NCBI GenBank assembly: GCA_030141605.1
Contig: JAQGDQ010000015.1
Location: forward strand, 1,116,001-1,180,000
Direction of reading: 5' to 3'
From: Tubiluchus corallicola
Taxonomy: Eukaryota; Animalia; Priapulida
Length of the DNA stretch: 64,000 bases
Part shown: piece after piece, positions 1-14,267 of the stretch
Numbering within the stretch: position 1 is the first letter of the stretch
Layout of the letters: every line of letters begins with the position of its first letter
Made by a program: the position numbers and the translations under genes
The notes under the pieces: generated by a model
The model's database searches: none
Seen by the model: the letters and a program-made list of their open reading frames with translations, nothing else
Told to the model about the DNA's origin: nothing

Positions 1-221
1 TTAAGCTCCACCGTATACTATAACAAAGGTCAAATTTACGAGCCAACGGTCTTTTTTGGTGTTGTTATTGTAAAATAGTGAATTAATCCATGATTTAGCC
101 CAATTATTGCACGTAGTATTGCACTGAACAATTGCTGAGTCCGTGAGGGACAAACTGGCGTTGGACAAATTATACAGTTCGCTCGTTTTGCAACTCTGTA
201 GCACATCTTTATTCAAAAGTT
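1..221 (-). CDS. Possible terminal exon of an unidentified, possibly secreted/extracellular protein
   Basis: Acceptor-like ggtttcag precedes 221. The frame is open to TAA at 1-3 (..LLNKDVLQSCK..VIVYGGA*), with 5 N-glycosylation sequons (NLS, NAS, NTT, NNT, NLT) and 3 Cys. No homolog recognised and no upstream exon found. Confidence 0.22.
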
Positions 222-239
222 CTGAAACCGCATAAAATT

Positions 240-710
240 TTTATTCATTTGCTGAATCTTGTTCGTTCTTTCGTTCGTTTTTTTGTCCGTTCGAACGCTT
301 GATCACTAGTTTATTCTTTCATTTATTCATGCATTCGTTCGTCCATTTCGATTAGTAACTTACTTTTTTCGTTCGCTTTTTCACTCATGTAATCATTCGT
401 TTATTTTTATTCATTCTGTTATTCATTTATTCATTCATTCGTTTATTCGTTCATCGATTTATTTATTTAATTATTCTTTCGTTCGTTTATTTATTCATTC
501 AACCAACTGGCTAAGCAAATCTATCCTTCATGCATTCGTTTATTTTTTTATTCGTACAGTTATTCGCTCTAATTCTAAGTATGCGTTTTCGTTTATTCAT
601 TCGTTCGATCATTTATCTATTCGCTCACTCATGCGTTTTTAGGTTCGTACACTTGTTTGTTCACTCACTCACTCATTCTTTCACTCACACACTCACTCAC
701 TCACTCATTT
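240..710. repeat. Degenerate tetranucleotide microsatellite (TTCA/TTCG/TTTA, ending in CTCA)n
   Basis: Recurrent attc/gttc/attt/actc units are visible directly; they explain the spurious ORF 530..715. Confidence 0.85.
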
Positions 711-3225
711 GGTAATTTTTTATCTTTTAAGTATTTCTATTGGTTTTAGCATAGATCTCGGGTTAGTATCGCTTCTTGATCAGTAACAAGCAACGAACTA
801 TTCGGTTATTAAAGTTGAAAACAAAATGCAGTATTAGTACACAAAATGCAGTTTCTGCATTTTTTTCGCTTCAATAGAAATAGCCGACGTTTTTAAATTA
901 TGCCTGATATTTGTATTGGCTGCGGCAATAGTTTCTGTGGATGAAGTCTGTCTGTCCAGAAGTATTTTTTCTGTTTGCTGTCGGGGTTGTTGGTCGTTCA
1001 TTGTTGTTTGATCTAAAAATGTTAGATTATTAGTGTTACACGTTTGATGACACTAGTGGTGTCAGAAAGGTTTGGGTTTTTGGGTTTCGGACCTATTGTC
1101 CTCTTTATTGATTTTTTTAAGAAATGGGACAAGTTTATGTGTTGTTGCTAGACAAAAAGTCGAGCGTTTAGTAATAAAAACACAAACCGCTTAGAAGTTC
1201 GACCAGCTTTGGATTAGAACAGTTTTGTGTGTGGCGTTAATACCAAGGCTACCAATTACAGATAAGTCCTACACTGGTTCTTTAATGGCTCACATCCTTG
1301 AATGTTTGAGACTTGCCGTGAAGAACTCTGTTAATATCACTTCACGGTTGTATGTTTATCTTGTAAGATTTGTACAGATAAATTGAGCACTTTAGGTTGT
1401 TAAACTATCAGGGAAATTCCACCTGCCGAGTGGAGCGACGTACTATAAGGCACTTGAAAGTTGCAATGTTTCGTGCAAAATGTTTACGACAAGAGGCAAA
1501 TTTTTAATGCAAACAGGCTTTTTATGTTCATGAAGGTGAACGAAATCTGTGAGGGTCATTGTCGTTTAAAGAGTTTTACAGTAATATGTGCTAATAATAT
1601 ATGGTTCGATAGAGAATCAATGTCTGAAACGGGAATGTTGATATTAGTTACCTAGGAAGGGGCAACTATACTGGAAAAATTGATCCAATTTCTCTGTGTG
1701 TCAAACACTTTCTATTTCGAGTGGTATAGCCCACAAAGCTGAAACATTTCCGATAGTCTAGGCATGGTCCCTCCTCTGAGTGATTGGTTTTGGGGTCAGA
1801 GATGAACTTTATGGATGTCAAAGTTCACTTTATCAAAATATTCTATATCGTCAAATCGTGCAAGATAGGCGACTGAAATTTGGAATTAAGTTTTAGCCAT
1901 TCTGGTTGGAGTGGCTACATTTTTGATGCTTATTGGGGAGTCACTTATTTCGCGCAGAGGTCAAAGACTTACTTTTTAAAAATATTGCATACATTTTAAA
2001 TAGTACAAGATAAATATTGCATATCTTCTAAAATAGAAATTATACATTATAGACAAAGTTCTGCATGATGCAAGTGTACACACAGGCAACCACATTTGAT
2101 ATTAAGATTAAATTCAATTTGTAAATATGCATAATAATTTAAAGAACTACTATACATAAGAACTATCGTTTGCAGCTTGAAAAGGGTGCAAACACACTGC
2201 GTGTATTACAAGCAGATAGGAAACATTTAGGGGGTTTCAATAGATAATATGCTTGGCCCAAATTAACTGTGCCAAGGTCATGAATTGTCAACTAAATAAA
2301 TGTGGCAGAAAAAATATCCCAGTTAATTCAATCCTTAACAGTATTTCAGAACAAAAGTTCAAATTTCATGAGAATATTTTAGAAGTTCAAAAATTATGAT
2401 TTACTGCAATTGTCGGCTGTAAACAGATTTCAGTTGTAAAACTATGTCTTAATTGTGTCTTAAAGCTAACTCTTAACTCTTTAAATACTTAACTGACTAT
2501 TAGTAAAACAGAATTGGTTATCCTTAACTTTTAAAGATTTTAAGCGAGATATATTACTAAGCAAACTCTGTACTTTGTTAATTCCTCATAATATTAGAGT
2601 TTATTATATGTCAACAAATTAACTCGTTCATCCGCTTCTCCATGGAAAGAAACACTTAAATATAACATTCAAGTACTTACCATTGTACATTAATTTATAT
2701 TTTTAACTGAACACTCTAACCTATGTATTGCTTTACATTGTTTAGTAATATTAATGTTATTCTCATCATTATATGTATGTGTCTATACTGCTAGTTAGTC
2801 ATACTGTAATGCTTCTACTGTTCGTTTGTTGTCTACACTCTTCCAAGTGTTACGTTCTATTAGCAAGAACGTCTATCAGTTGTAAAGCGTCTGCTCAAGT
2901 CATATGTTAATCTCTGTTATTCAATAAAACTACGTTTAAACTACAGATTTTATGCCGAATCACCTGACAAGAGTATCAGGTAGGTCAGAGTCATGTGAAC
3001 CCGCTGCAAGTTAACAATCTCACATTCTCAATATAGGCCTAGCTAAAGTTGTCTGTTGTTACAACTAAACCATAAACGGCAAAATGCCCTCAAGTATCAA
3101 GTCGACAAATGACTTTATGGTGTACAAAGTCAAAATAAATGACTTGAAAATTTATTTGCACTTAACAGCAATAAGAGTCAATTTTAATGCGGAATACATA
3201 TACTCAATATCTAAACATACCCATA

Positions 3226-3227
<2 letters not shown>

Positions 3228-3256
<29 letters not shown>
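3228..3256. repeat. (AT)n microsatellite
   Basis: Perfect dinucleotide run. Confidence 0.95.
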
Positions 3257-3259
<3 letters not shown>

Positions 3260-5290
3260 GTCAATGTACAATATTTAAATCATTATAAATTGTAAATTTA
3301 ATACTCTTGTGTAAATTTTCATGTAAACATTGTGAATCCTGACCTATTATCAATGTATAATACATTGATGATTTGTTAACTGCAAGTATTTTTTTCTTTA
3401 AATAAAGTCAGCAGCAGGTAACCTGCGGGTTATTTACTGTTAAGTGCATAAAAGTTCTTGAAATTTTTTATTGGGATTGAAATGTGCTAAGAGTAGCTTA
3501 ACTAACTTACTTCCTTAAATTGATATAATCCCTGAAAGTTATCACTGCGTAGTTGCACTTCACTCTGCACTTTACCTGTCTTGATGGCAGGTTTCTTTTA
3601 TTTTCAAGTTCTGCCTGTCCAATGTCTACAATAAACGTAATGGGCACATGATGACAATTATGATCTGTACATCAATTCAGTTTATAAATTCCTTATAAAT
3701 CAACCTCCTTTAGTCCTTTTCGAAATTAATCTTGAAGCTTGTCATGTTTTTTGTCTAACTATCTTTGTTTCCGGGAGAGATATTTTTAAAAATCGAAATG
3801 CAGTTGGAAAAATCCTAACATTTATGTTACATAAGATAGGTAGGTTCTATAATAAAAAACACAGATATCCTATTTGCAAGCCAATATGATCTAGCTTGGC
3901 GCCAAAAAGAATTAATGTTATAACTGCATGACATTTAAATGGTTATAACAGACAGATAGCTGCCGAAGAATGGAAACAAGGGCGTTTTGGTGCTGTAAAT
4001 TTGTTGGCGTCTGACTGAACTTGATTTCCGACATTAATAGAGCACCTTCGGTGGTAAAAATGTACATTGGTAGAAAAGAATTGGGCCAGTGTTGTTAGAT
4101 CATACTATTATATAGCTAGCCATAATCAAATATACAGCACCGCAATTATTATAAACTCAGTGTCCGAACAGATACCTGTAGCCTATATATTAATGCATGC
4201 GCAGATGTCTAAATTGGTAAATATATATACAAAGACGCTTCAGGAAACTGACCAGAGTCACCTTTTTGGAGAGTTTATTTTGAAAATGAAGATCATAATT
4301 ACTTATCCTTATTAAACCTAAGCTTGTTTCAGGATATTGATTTAGGAAGACGCATACAGTCATGTGAAACAATTTCTTTGCTGCATTTGTTTTTCTTTAG
4401 GAATATATAGTTATACTCATGCAAACTCCGAAATTACTTGAAGATATTTTTGTCTCATCCTTTAGTTCGCAGCTCTAAATTGATGGAGTAGTGGTAGAAT
4501 CGCAGCAGTTTCTCAGTGGGACTGATGTCATGATTTCTTTAAGCACATCATTGATTTTCATGTTAGAAAAACATTAAAATGTATTAAAACATGCGTTTGT
4601 TTGTAATTGTGATAACTTTCAATTCCAGCAGAAGTATTACTTCTAGAACTTTGAAACACAGTATTTCAACAGAATTGATAGCCTTTATATTTACTCTACC
4701 CCAAATGGTACCATGAGCGAATCCAGAACTTTGTTAGTAAAAGCGATATAACGGCTGTGTGTTTAACACTGTCAAAGATATACTGAGCTTACAAAAACGG
4801 TCATTAATGAGATCTACTTTGTCCTTTTACGACTTGTATTGACATGCATTATGCGCGGCTTTAGCATCTTGCAGAATTGTAAAAAGTAAAGACGTATATT
4901 TTCACATCTCCATTTTTGCGAGTTGGCTATTTTTTATTGTTTATTTTTATTAGACAAAAACATCATTACAATTATGTACAATGATATGTTACACACAAAC
5001 TACACAATAGAAAAGAAAATGAAACAAACTTACTGACAATTACTTATCAAGTTAGCAAATAATGGTGGAGCAACTAATACGTAACAAATAGAAACCACTG
5101 AAATTGCGAAAATACCTCCCTCCCCGAGCGTCCTATGTTCATTGATACATAGACTATTGAACTGGCGTGATTGTCACCGCTTGTAGGCCTACATCTATCA
5201 ACGTTGGTGGCAAAAGATATTCATGTTTTAAACTGTTTTTATAGACGATTAATGGTTATTTCACTCATAGCAATTTGTTTCTACTTCTAG

Positions 5291-8200
5291 GCACAAACAG
5301 CATGGGTGAACCGATTGTTAGAGAAAGTTGAATTGAGACCAATTACGGATTTGAAGAAGAGTATTGCTGACGGCTTGTTTCTACCACAATTATTAGAGAT
5401 AATAAGTGAGTAATAATCGCATAATTATCACATTTTAATTGCTAATCGTTAATAATTGTTCTTTGCAGCCTTGTTTTGGTAACCTGCTAAAATGAGAAAT
5501 GTGCCAACCAATTAGAGACGCATTTTGAGCGAGTTTAAAGTCTTGACTCCACACGAGACCCATTTTTGTCTTAAAAGGGAACGTTGTCTCAAATTGAGCA
5601 AGCTCACGACCTAAAAATTACAATATTTTACAGATGGTAATTGTTGGAATTTCTTGGTTTAGTGAATAGGCAGCTGATAACGTAGTTACCGCCGAATTCC
5701 AAGTACATACTAACAACATTTCAGCTGCTCATGCGTAGTTTTGGTTCATTAACTAATTTCATGATACTGCTCTGTTTAGCCTCATTGTAGTTAAAGCGTA
5801 CAGGCTGTGGTATTTGAAAAAAGACGCTTTAGTAAACCAATTTAGTTTATGAATTTATTTCAGCTAAAGTCTTATATAAATACACATACAAACATACATA
5901 TATTAAAAAGTTTAAGGTATTGTAGTTATATTAGACGCAGACACATTGGTCTGTCGCTCCACCGTGACGTAAGCACGCTGAGTGACATTCGAGACAGCAG
6001 CTTACCCTGAATAACAACTCTCTTTAGTAAACAACATGACTAATGTCCAATGAGAAGATAAACTGATTGTGCTTTTTCATACACAAGAGTTTGCAGAGCA
6101 GCGGTTATTTTTACATGAAATTAAAACTTTCAGTAGCTAAAAAAGACTTTATACAATTTAATCAGGAAGCAGCTTCGCAGTTTCAAGGATCTTCAAAATG
6201 GAGAGAAATGAGTGCCAAATCGCGTTATTATAAAGGAATTAATTAAGTCAGTAAGCCTTGTTTTAAGACAAATGACAACAAAGATATTTAAAAGATATTT
6301 ACTAAAGACCCTCTTGCCTTTGTACATGCGAACATATTATATTTGCAATATATAATACATATTTTCTACATTTAGCTATCACGTGGTCGTCTGCAAGTCG
6401 ATTTCAAACTAAAGGTGCATACATAGACATGTGAATTTCTTGTTAATTAGCAAATCACGTTTAAATTGACAAATTTACAGAACACAGCACCTGCTTCTTC
6501 GTGTGTTAAAAATTGAGTTAAACAAATTTACCATTGCAAGTTGCAAGCCTTTGTTGCGTTTTATGTTGTTTATGATTAGACCGTCTGGCAAGTACTCTCT
6601 TTACTTACAGAAATACAGGTTTTTTCAAAATGTTCTTGTCATGAATTGCAAAATATCGTATTGTTGGCGGTTTATTTGTCATTCGACCTATTACTACCAC
6701 ATTCAATTTTCGTGATATCATCGTCTAATATTTTTGGTAGCTTTTGGTTGCGACATTTAATAATGAATGCGCGCACTTTCGTTTTAGTCATGAATCGGAT
6801 CTACATAAATATTTTTGCCTTGCGACAGACGAGTTAGACCTCTGTATTATGCCTAAGTTTGGAAGCGCTACAGAAAATAGAAAAAGGTTGAAAACCCGTT
6901 ATGACGCTATATTTTACTCGTTAACGTCTAAAAACGCACCTGAACATGCATAATTGCTTGCGGGTCGTAGCGGTAATTATAGCGTTTAAGGTAGAAAGAC
7001 TCACAAGTCATACATAATAAATAGGCGATGAAAAATCACCGTGTTTGAAAATGGTGACAGGGCGACAGAGACGGTTACGATTACTGTTTTTAAGCATAAC
7101 AATGAGATTTTTGAGCGAAACTGTTGCGAAAGCACAGTGTATAAGCGAAATGGGAGTTTAAGGCGATATGAAGACATGTTAAAGATACTGCTTAATGTCC
7201 TAGACATTGTAGGAACTTTTTCTGGAGTAACTAATGCATATTGCAAGAATTTGCATCGATATTTAAATATTGATGCAGGTTTAACAGTCATCCACTTTTC
7301 AGTATGCAAAAACGCAAAACGTTAATGTCAAGATTATTATAATGATGGCGCTAACACAGATTTAATTATATTTATACCAAACTTAAAAGATCGTAAATGT
7401 AAACAACTTCGAATATAGCCTGGATTTGAACTAGGAACTTTCTGTTTACAAGCCCCCATAGATTACTAGCCCACCTTATTCCCTATATAGTCATCAAGGC
7501 AATCCACAGTTTATGCCTTATAGCTGTAACAATGATATAAGGCAGTAACTTTGGACTGAATTTTGGACTATGGGGTCCAGTAGCTAGTTGTGTAGGCGTG
7601 TACCTTGTAGGCAGACAGTCTTGGTTTATATCAGGGTGTGTTCCAACTTATTGACATTTCCTGTCTTTCAAGTTTGGTATCAAACTATCAAAATTTTATT
7701 AATTATGGGTTTGTACCATCATTGACCACGTATGTTGATTGGATTGGAATTGGAAATGTCATTCACTGGCTCTACGGTCATACACGATAATCTTTACAAT
7801 CCGACCCTGGCTTAGGCAGACTACAGCCTTTTGCTCAGCGCTAAGAAAAAAGGTGAAAGCTTTAGACTTTTATCGCCAAGGCTGTCAAATTTCAATGCCT
7901 TAGGTGGACAAAAGTCGGCGGGAGCGTTTGAAAACGAGTTAATGGATACTTAGCTGTATGCTAGGTAAACAAATTAAGAAGATTTAAGAAACGGCTTTGT
8001 GAGTATATGACGTCAGTATAGTATTTCACATGGCTGACCTCGAATAAGAAAAAATTAGCGCATGCTCATAACTCGTTTAGTTGTCTAGGTCTAGTGTCTG
8101 TAGAACGTGATACATCCACGTGCATATGTGGATATTTACCTGTCTTCTTACTTTAATTCAGGCTGTATCTCACACAGTTGAATAGCTAGCTCAAAAGTTT

Positions 8201-11200
8201 CGAAAATTACGATTTTTTAATACAACCATTTTAAGTGTGATTTCGAACTAAACATTTTAATTATTGTAGGTTAATTTCATCATTTGATGATATAATTAAC
8301 CCACAACAATTAAATTTTTACAGACAAACTTGAATAGGGGTGCCTGCATAATTGAAACGGATCATCGCGCTTGTTAAACGCACTTAGGACACAACATGTA
8401 TAATAATCTCGGCAATACCCTACATATGCGACGCAGAAATTACATAAAACATGGTAAAAGTATAAAAATCACTATAAAATTGCTCGCTGTTGCGTATCAC
8501 ATGTGAAAGTTCCAAGAAATAATGGCAGCGCCAACTTGGCTGGCAACAATTTAGCGATAGGCGCCTAAGATTTGTCTTAAGCTTTGTAGTTGTCCTTCTC
8601 TACCCCTGTCCGTTTTTGCCCCGATTTTCCTAATTTGCGACAACGGCAGAGCCTATTTATTATGTTCATGTCGGTGGTTGCCCATCTATTAGCCGGCTTG
8701 GCTAATGTAGTGAAATGAAATTAGTTATGTCAATTTGTACACGATGTATTTTGAAAACTGGATACGTATTTACTGACTCAACACAAGGAACAGAAAGGAG
8801 AATAAAAAATAAAAAGAATCGAAGTAATTTTTGAATAATAAAGCGACTAATATGCTAGTAGCTTTTAGTTGCTTATGTAGAAACGTTTTTTGTTGTGGAA
8901 ATGGTCTTATTTGTTTGTTAGCATTGACGGGTTGTGATCACTGATCAAGCTCCATTACCCGCCCACCTGCTAGGACATGGTCGGACCACCCCACCTGTTT
9001 GGGTACAGTTGTTCACAACAGGGATTATGCGAGTAAACGTTTCCTTAATTTACAACAATAGATATATGCGACCGTGCAGCTTTAATAACTTAATCTTGGT
9101 GACTTATGATACCTAAATACAAAGCTGGCCCTAATTTCCAGTACAGATGATAGGGATATTGAGACAGAAGGTATGCAGGTGGGAAGCAAAAACTGAAAAT
9201 CAGGGAACATATGAGCTATTTCAGTTGTATAAAAATGTGATTGTCGGTAACTATGTGAGTGCCTAACAGCTGGGTAACAAGTATTTTTAATATACATTTC
9301 ATTGCCTTTAATTGAAATGCACACAAATCGATGCATTGTTAATAATTAATTATTATAATGTTAATGTCAAGATTATTACCAATGATTCTATATGGACTAA
9401 ATTTTGGTACTGATTATGAAACACGAAATGTGAAAAAATTGTGATGTAGCCTGGATTTGAACCATGGATCTTCTGCTTACAAGGCAGACGACTTAGAAGT
9501 GATGAATTTTGTTGGCTAGCTGTAAGGGTGAACTTCTTTATACTGCCTCGACTACTGGGAAATGGCTTAATAGTTTAAGGAGTTTGCTTGTAAGCAGACG
9601 GTGGCTAGTTCAAATCCAAGCTGTTTTCAAATTTTTTTCACACTTCCTGTATTTGAATTTTGGTATCAAAATCTAGTCAATTCTGGGTTTGTACGTACAA
9701 TCATTAATCATTAACAATAGTCGTTTATTATTTCTGTGTTGCGGCTATGCTTTTTTTTCTCCTTTGCCAACGTCGACCTTCAACTTGGCGAGGTCCTGAG
9801 CTACATCAAGCCGGCATGTCCTTGCAGAACTCGGTGTTGGTAGAATGTTACATGGCGAGAATGTACATCCTAAAATGGCCTCTAGTTGGGGTTCCATAAA
9901 CGACATAAAGATATTTATTTAATTTATGCAGATCGAAATATTTTAATTTAAAAACAAACAAAAACGAATCAGAAATTTTGAGTTTCCGCACAGATCGCCA
10001 ATGCCCTCAGCTGTAACTTATTTAGGCTTATGCCTAAAGCCTAAAACTTGCACAATAACTGAACCGCCTTTGCGAGTGTTATAAACAAAAATCCCTGTAG
10101 CGATAATTTGAGGAAGTGTTTGTATTATTATTACGCCATGTACGCAAAAATGAAAACGGGTAAACAAGGTTGAACCTTAAGCCAGAACAATGCGACCATC
10201 ATTTACGCTTACATATAGCTCACTGAACAAGTGCAATTTTCATTTTAAATCGAATGAAAAAGCCGAGTATAACACATGTAATTTTGATTTGGAGTAGAAT
10301 TTATCAATATAAGTAAGTCAGTGTGCCAATCTTCCAGTTCATGTAACAGGGTTCGTGATAAGCTCACTAATTAAGTTACAAGATGTTTCACAAGTTTCTC
10401 ACTAAGATAATTAAATAATATCACTTTGTGTGCAAGAGTTTGATCGCATCTGCAAATCTTAACTGTTTAAATTTATTGTGAACGTGGAAATTTTGGTATG
10501 GTTTTGCAATTTATAACGATGCTTGAATTTGGTACATCTTAGTGAAGATTCAAACGATGTGGAGCTGTAATCATGATGATGATGATGATGGTGAGGCCGC
10601 CGCCGCCGACGACGACGACCACGACGATGATGAATATGATAATTGTTTAATTGACTGACTTGTGGACAACTAAAAGATAATAGTTGGCAATCAGTGCATG
10701 ACTGGGCATTTAGTCGCGTCTGTGTGTATATCTGTACAATAAAATCATTTGAAAAGGATTAAGCTATAATCGCTAAAATTTTTGGCAGAGCGATAGCTCT
10801 GGGTAAGATCTAGAAATCCACAGCTTTTTGGTTTAAAAGGTCAAAGGTCGCTGTTGAAACCACAAGATCAAAAAGAGTCAAAATAAAGTTTTGCCCATAT
10901 ATATTTCAGGCAAGGGCGTAAATCTGCACCTTTATTAAGTGTCCTCTGATTACTATCCTGTCTATACCGATAACAGAAATTTTTTTGAAAGGAGATTAGT
11001 TTCCGAATGTGCACATATAGGTAGAAAGCAAGTCACTCTGAAGTTATTTGCTTATTTCTACGATTTCATGTAAAACAACCCGCAGAATGATAACTTGTTA
11101 CAGATAACGGTGAAGAGGGAGTGAACAAAGGTTTTGTCCCATTATGACCTCGTCACCTGGCCCAGCATACTAGAATGACAAGCAGAACATGACATCTTGC

Positions 11201-14200
11201 ATGATAATGTGTAGCAATTAGCACTCACTGCATTCATTTATTCTAGGCCCGAAGAAAAAACTGCTGGAACTGACAACAGTTTTGCAGTGCAAGGTGTAGG
11301 ACCCCTTTGAGTGGAAAACCCGATTTTCACGTAGACTGTAAATTCACTCGTTGAGTTATTTGTTTTTGAATAAACGACATTTGAAAGTGAGAGCAGAGGG
11401 TAGGAGTACATGTTAAAAGAGGGAAGCCGAGGGATAGGGTGGAAACACGCAACCAACGATGATGTTAGGTAATGCCATTTTACTGATGCAATAGTGATCT
11501 ACCCACCACAGATTGAAGATACAATGCAAACAAAAAGGTTCACACAATTTGTTAAGTTTCAGGATACTGAATATTTCCTTTTGTTTGAACTTGCACTCTG
11601 TGATTCTAAACCTGTGTTGAGTTAAAGGATATACCAAATAGTTGATCTAGCTAGCCTATTACATGAATTTTTATAGTAGCAATAGTTATTATTACAATCG
11701 TAAAGTCAAGATTATTAGTGTCGATGGTACAAACCCGCAAATAACTAAATTTTTATACCAAACTTGAAAGGCGGAAGAGGTGAGAAGTTTGAATACACTC
11801 TGGATTTGAATCAATAGTTAGAATCATTGTAGTGTAAGTATTCTAACATTGAAAATGCTGAATTTGGTGGGCCAGCTATAAAGAATGAACTTTGGGCTGC
11901 CTTGACCACTGGGGAATATGGTGGCCTAGTGGTTAAAGCCACTTATCTGCCTTGCAAGAAGAAAATCGCTGTCCAAATGTAGGCTGCACTTCATCTTTTT
12001 CACATTTCCTGTCTTTTAAGTTTGGTATCAAAATTTAATTAAATGTGGATTTGTGCCATAAGAGGTTATAGCGCTTATTCTTATACAGTTCTACGTACAA
12101 TCCTGGTCACGATGGTTTTCGGCACCACTGAAGACACCTGCTGCATTCACAGGAAACTGTAGACGTGAAAGTAGATTAATTTTACCTTGAAATTATTTGT
12201 GAGAGATGTCATTTGCATAAAATATTACCCTGTTGCTGAAAATTTCCACATCTTCAGGCCCTCCTTCCGGTTTACTGCATCACCCTACATGGGAATGCCG
12301 TCATAGTAGAGTTCCTATGTATATTTTCTAAAAAAGTGTAGAATTAACTACGTACAAGAAAGTTTTAGCGGCTTCAGCATTCACGTTTTTTACCAAACTT
12401 CTCGTTTATTATACTAATTAACGTCATTGGTATTATAGCATAATATTATAACGTTTGCATAACATGAATCGAAGTCTATTACAACAACTTCCTTGCAGAC
12501 TGATGCAGTCCAGATTTCGCCAGAGTGGGTTCCCCTTGGGCCTTTTCCGTGACCTCCACGCGTTTACTCTATTCAGCGCCTCTCATTTTATACCTACGCA
12601 AAGTTATGTATTGTGCTTATGGAAATTAACCGTCTAGAATCAGTAATTTGGTGAAATTAGCAAGTTAGACTCACTGATTTATAAGCTAAGAAGCAGCATA
12701 AAAGTGTTTACAGTTAGTCTTAAATGTGCGTATATATGTACCAACATATACCTGTATGCAACTGCTCACTTTTTCTGCACTTTCTAACTCCTTTACAGCA
12801 TTATTTAGTTTGTCAAGCATTGTTCTAAGATAATTGTAAAAATATAGATAGAAACTTGAAAAAGCCATTTTTGTCCGATATTAGGCCATTTTACCCTCTA
12901 TATACATACCATGTGTATTTATGTGTCTCGTGTTTAAATGACATGTAGTGAACGGAGAATGCCTGCGCCTCAAGTTAATAAAGTTAATAATATTAAATAA
13001 ATTTTTATTATGTCATTTATTCTCAAAAGGCATCTAGTTTTGTACTTATTAAATAGATGGTATCGTCTTTGTAAACAATGAACGCGTATGTTTGCAAAAT
13101 TCATGTTCTTCAGTAACAGCAAATAAAAGTTTGTCTCAATGGAATTTCCTATTGTACAAAGGTCATTATTCGAGCGTATAGGAGTTCAAGAGGGCTGATA
13201 TGCTGTCACCGTCTTTTGAATGATACAATTCGTTTGTCGGATAAACACTTTCATGTTTTCGATGAATGGGTTAATTGATTTTTAATCGAGGAAGTTTGAA
13301 ACTGTTAAATTCAATTACACACCACATTACACATTACACTTTATTCTGTGTAAATAGGTGTTATTTTGGATTTAGTTTGCAATGTGAAAGAGCTAGAGCT
13401 ATACTTATTCAATCTGTTGTTGTTTTCTGTATTACTTTTAGGTCTTTTAGGCCTGCTTGTTTCCATTATGTGAGTCGTCGAATAATAACTTCTATAATGA
13501 TAGACCTAGTTTTTCGACACAAATGATGGACAATCTAAATTCATATTGCTTTTAAAGGCACGAACCGCATGAGTTCTGTTAAAAGCAGGACGGCGCGCTA
13601 TGAAGATAGCCTGACAGACCGTAACCACGTATTAGAAAATAACTAGACTTTGATATAGGATAGAGCTTATTTTACTGCACTTTCTTTCAGTTATCTGATT
13701 CCGTCGTTTAAAAAATCATGCTTGCCCAGAAAACGTTTTTCTGTGTCAAAATAACATCTGTTCATTAAAGGAAGAATAGGCTTTACTTTAAATCCGATCT
13801 AAGTGAATTTTTGCGGTTATATTTTCCGCACAAGAAGTCTCTTGGAAAAATTCCATTTCGTACTAGTTTACTGCATACCTAAATTATCTGTTCTGCACTA
13901 TATATTTTTTGCCAAAGCCGGCACTAAAGTAGAGTTGGTACGCCATAACAATGATTGGAAAGTGACCGTACAACTATCCTTCCTAATACGAGCCCTTACA
14001 TTGACATTTTAGATATCTTATATGACACTCTTGTTTCTTTTTTTTACCGGATTCTTTGATTTTTTCTCGACGTGTTCACTGCCTACTTAGCAATAATTAT
14101 CCATTTGTCACTGGTCTAAAATCATTACGAAGAGCGGTCTTACAGACTGAATTAACACAGTCAGTCCAACAAGTCCAGATAACCAAGTTACTCGTAATCA

Positions 14201-14217
14201 TTTTAGTCGGAGACAGT

Positions 14218-14267
<50 letters not shown>

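Noticed and set aside
2805-2970. Solo LTR (TGT...AATAAA...ACA)
   Set aside because: No target-site duplication, PBS, PPT or second copy.
7001-7325. Overlapping ~100-aa ORFs on both strands
   Set aside because: Non-ATG starts, no recognisable motif and no convincing splice context.
9440-9620. Functional tRNA-Thr genes in the fold-back element
   Set aside because: A-box, B-box and anticodon arm are never all intact in one arm, no acceptor stem can be formed, and the copies are decayed repeats.
11238-11640. Possible hAT transposase dimerisation remnant (WW..H) or pseudo-exon
   Set aside because: The other motif residues (YP.L, SERxFS) are absent and every frame is interrupted.
12190-12310. 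Paraoxonase-like peptide (GPEDVEIFSN) on the minus strand
   Set aside because: Too short, flanked by stops, and no other PON exons are present.
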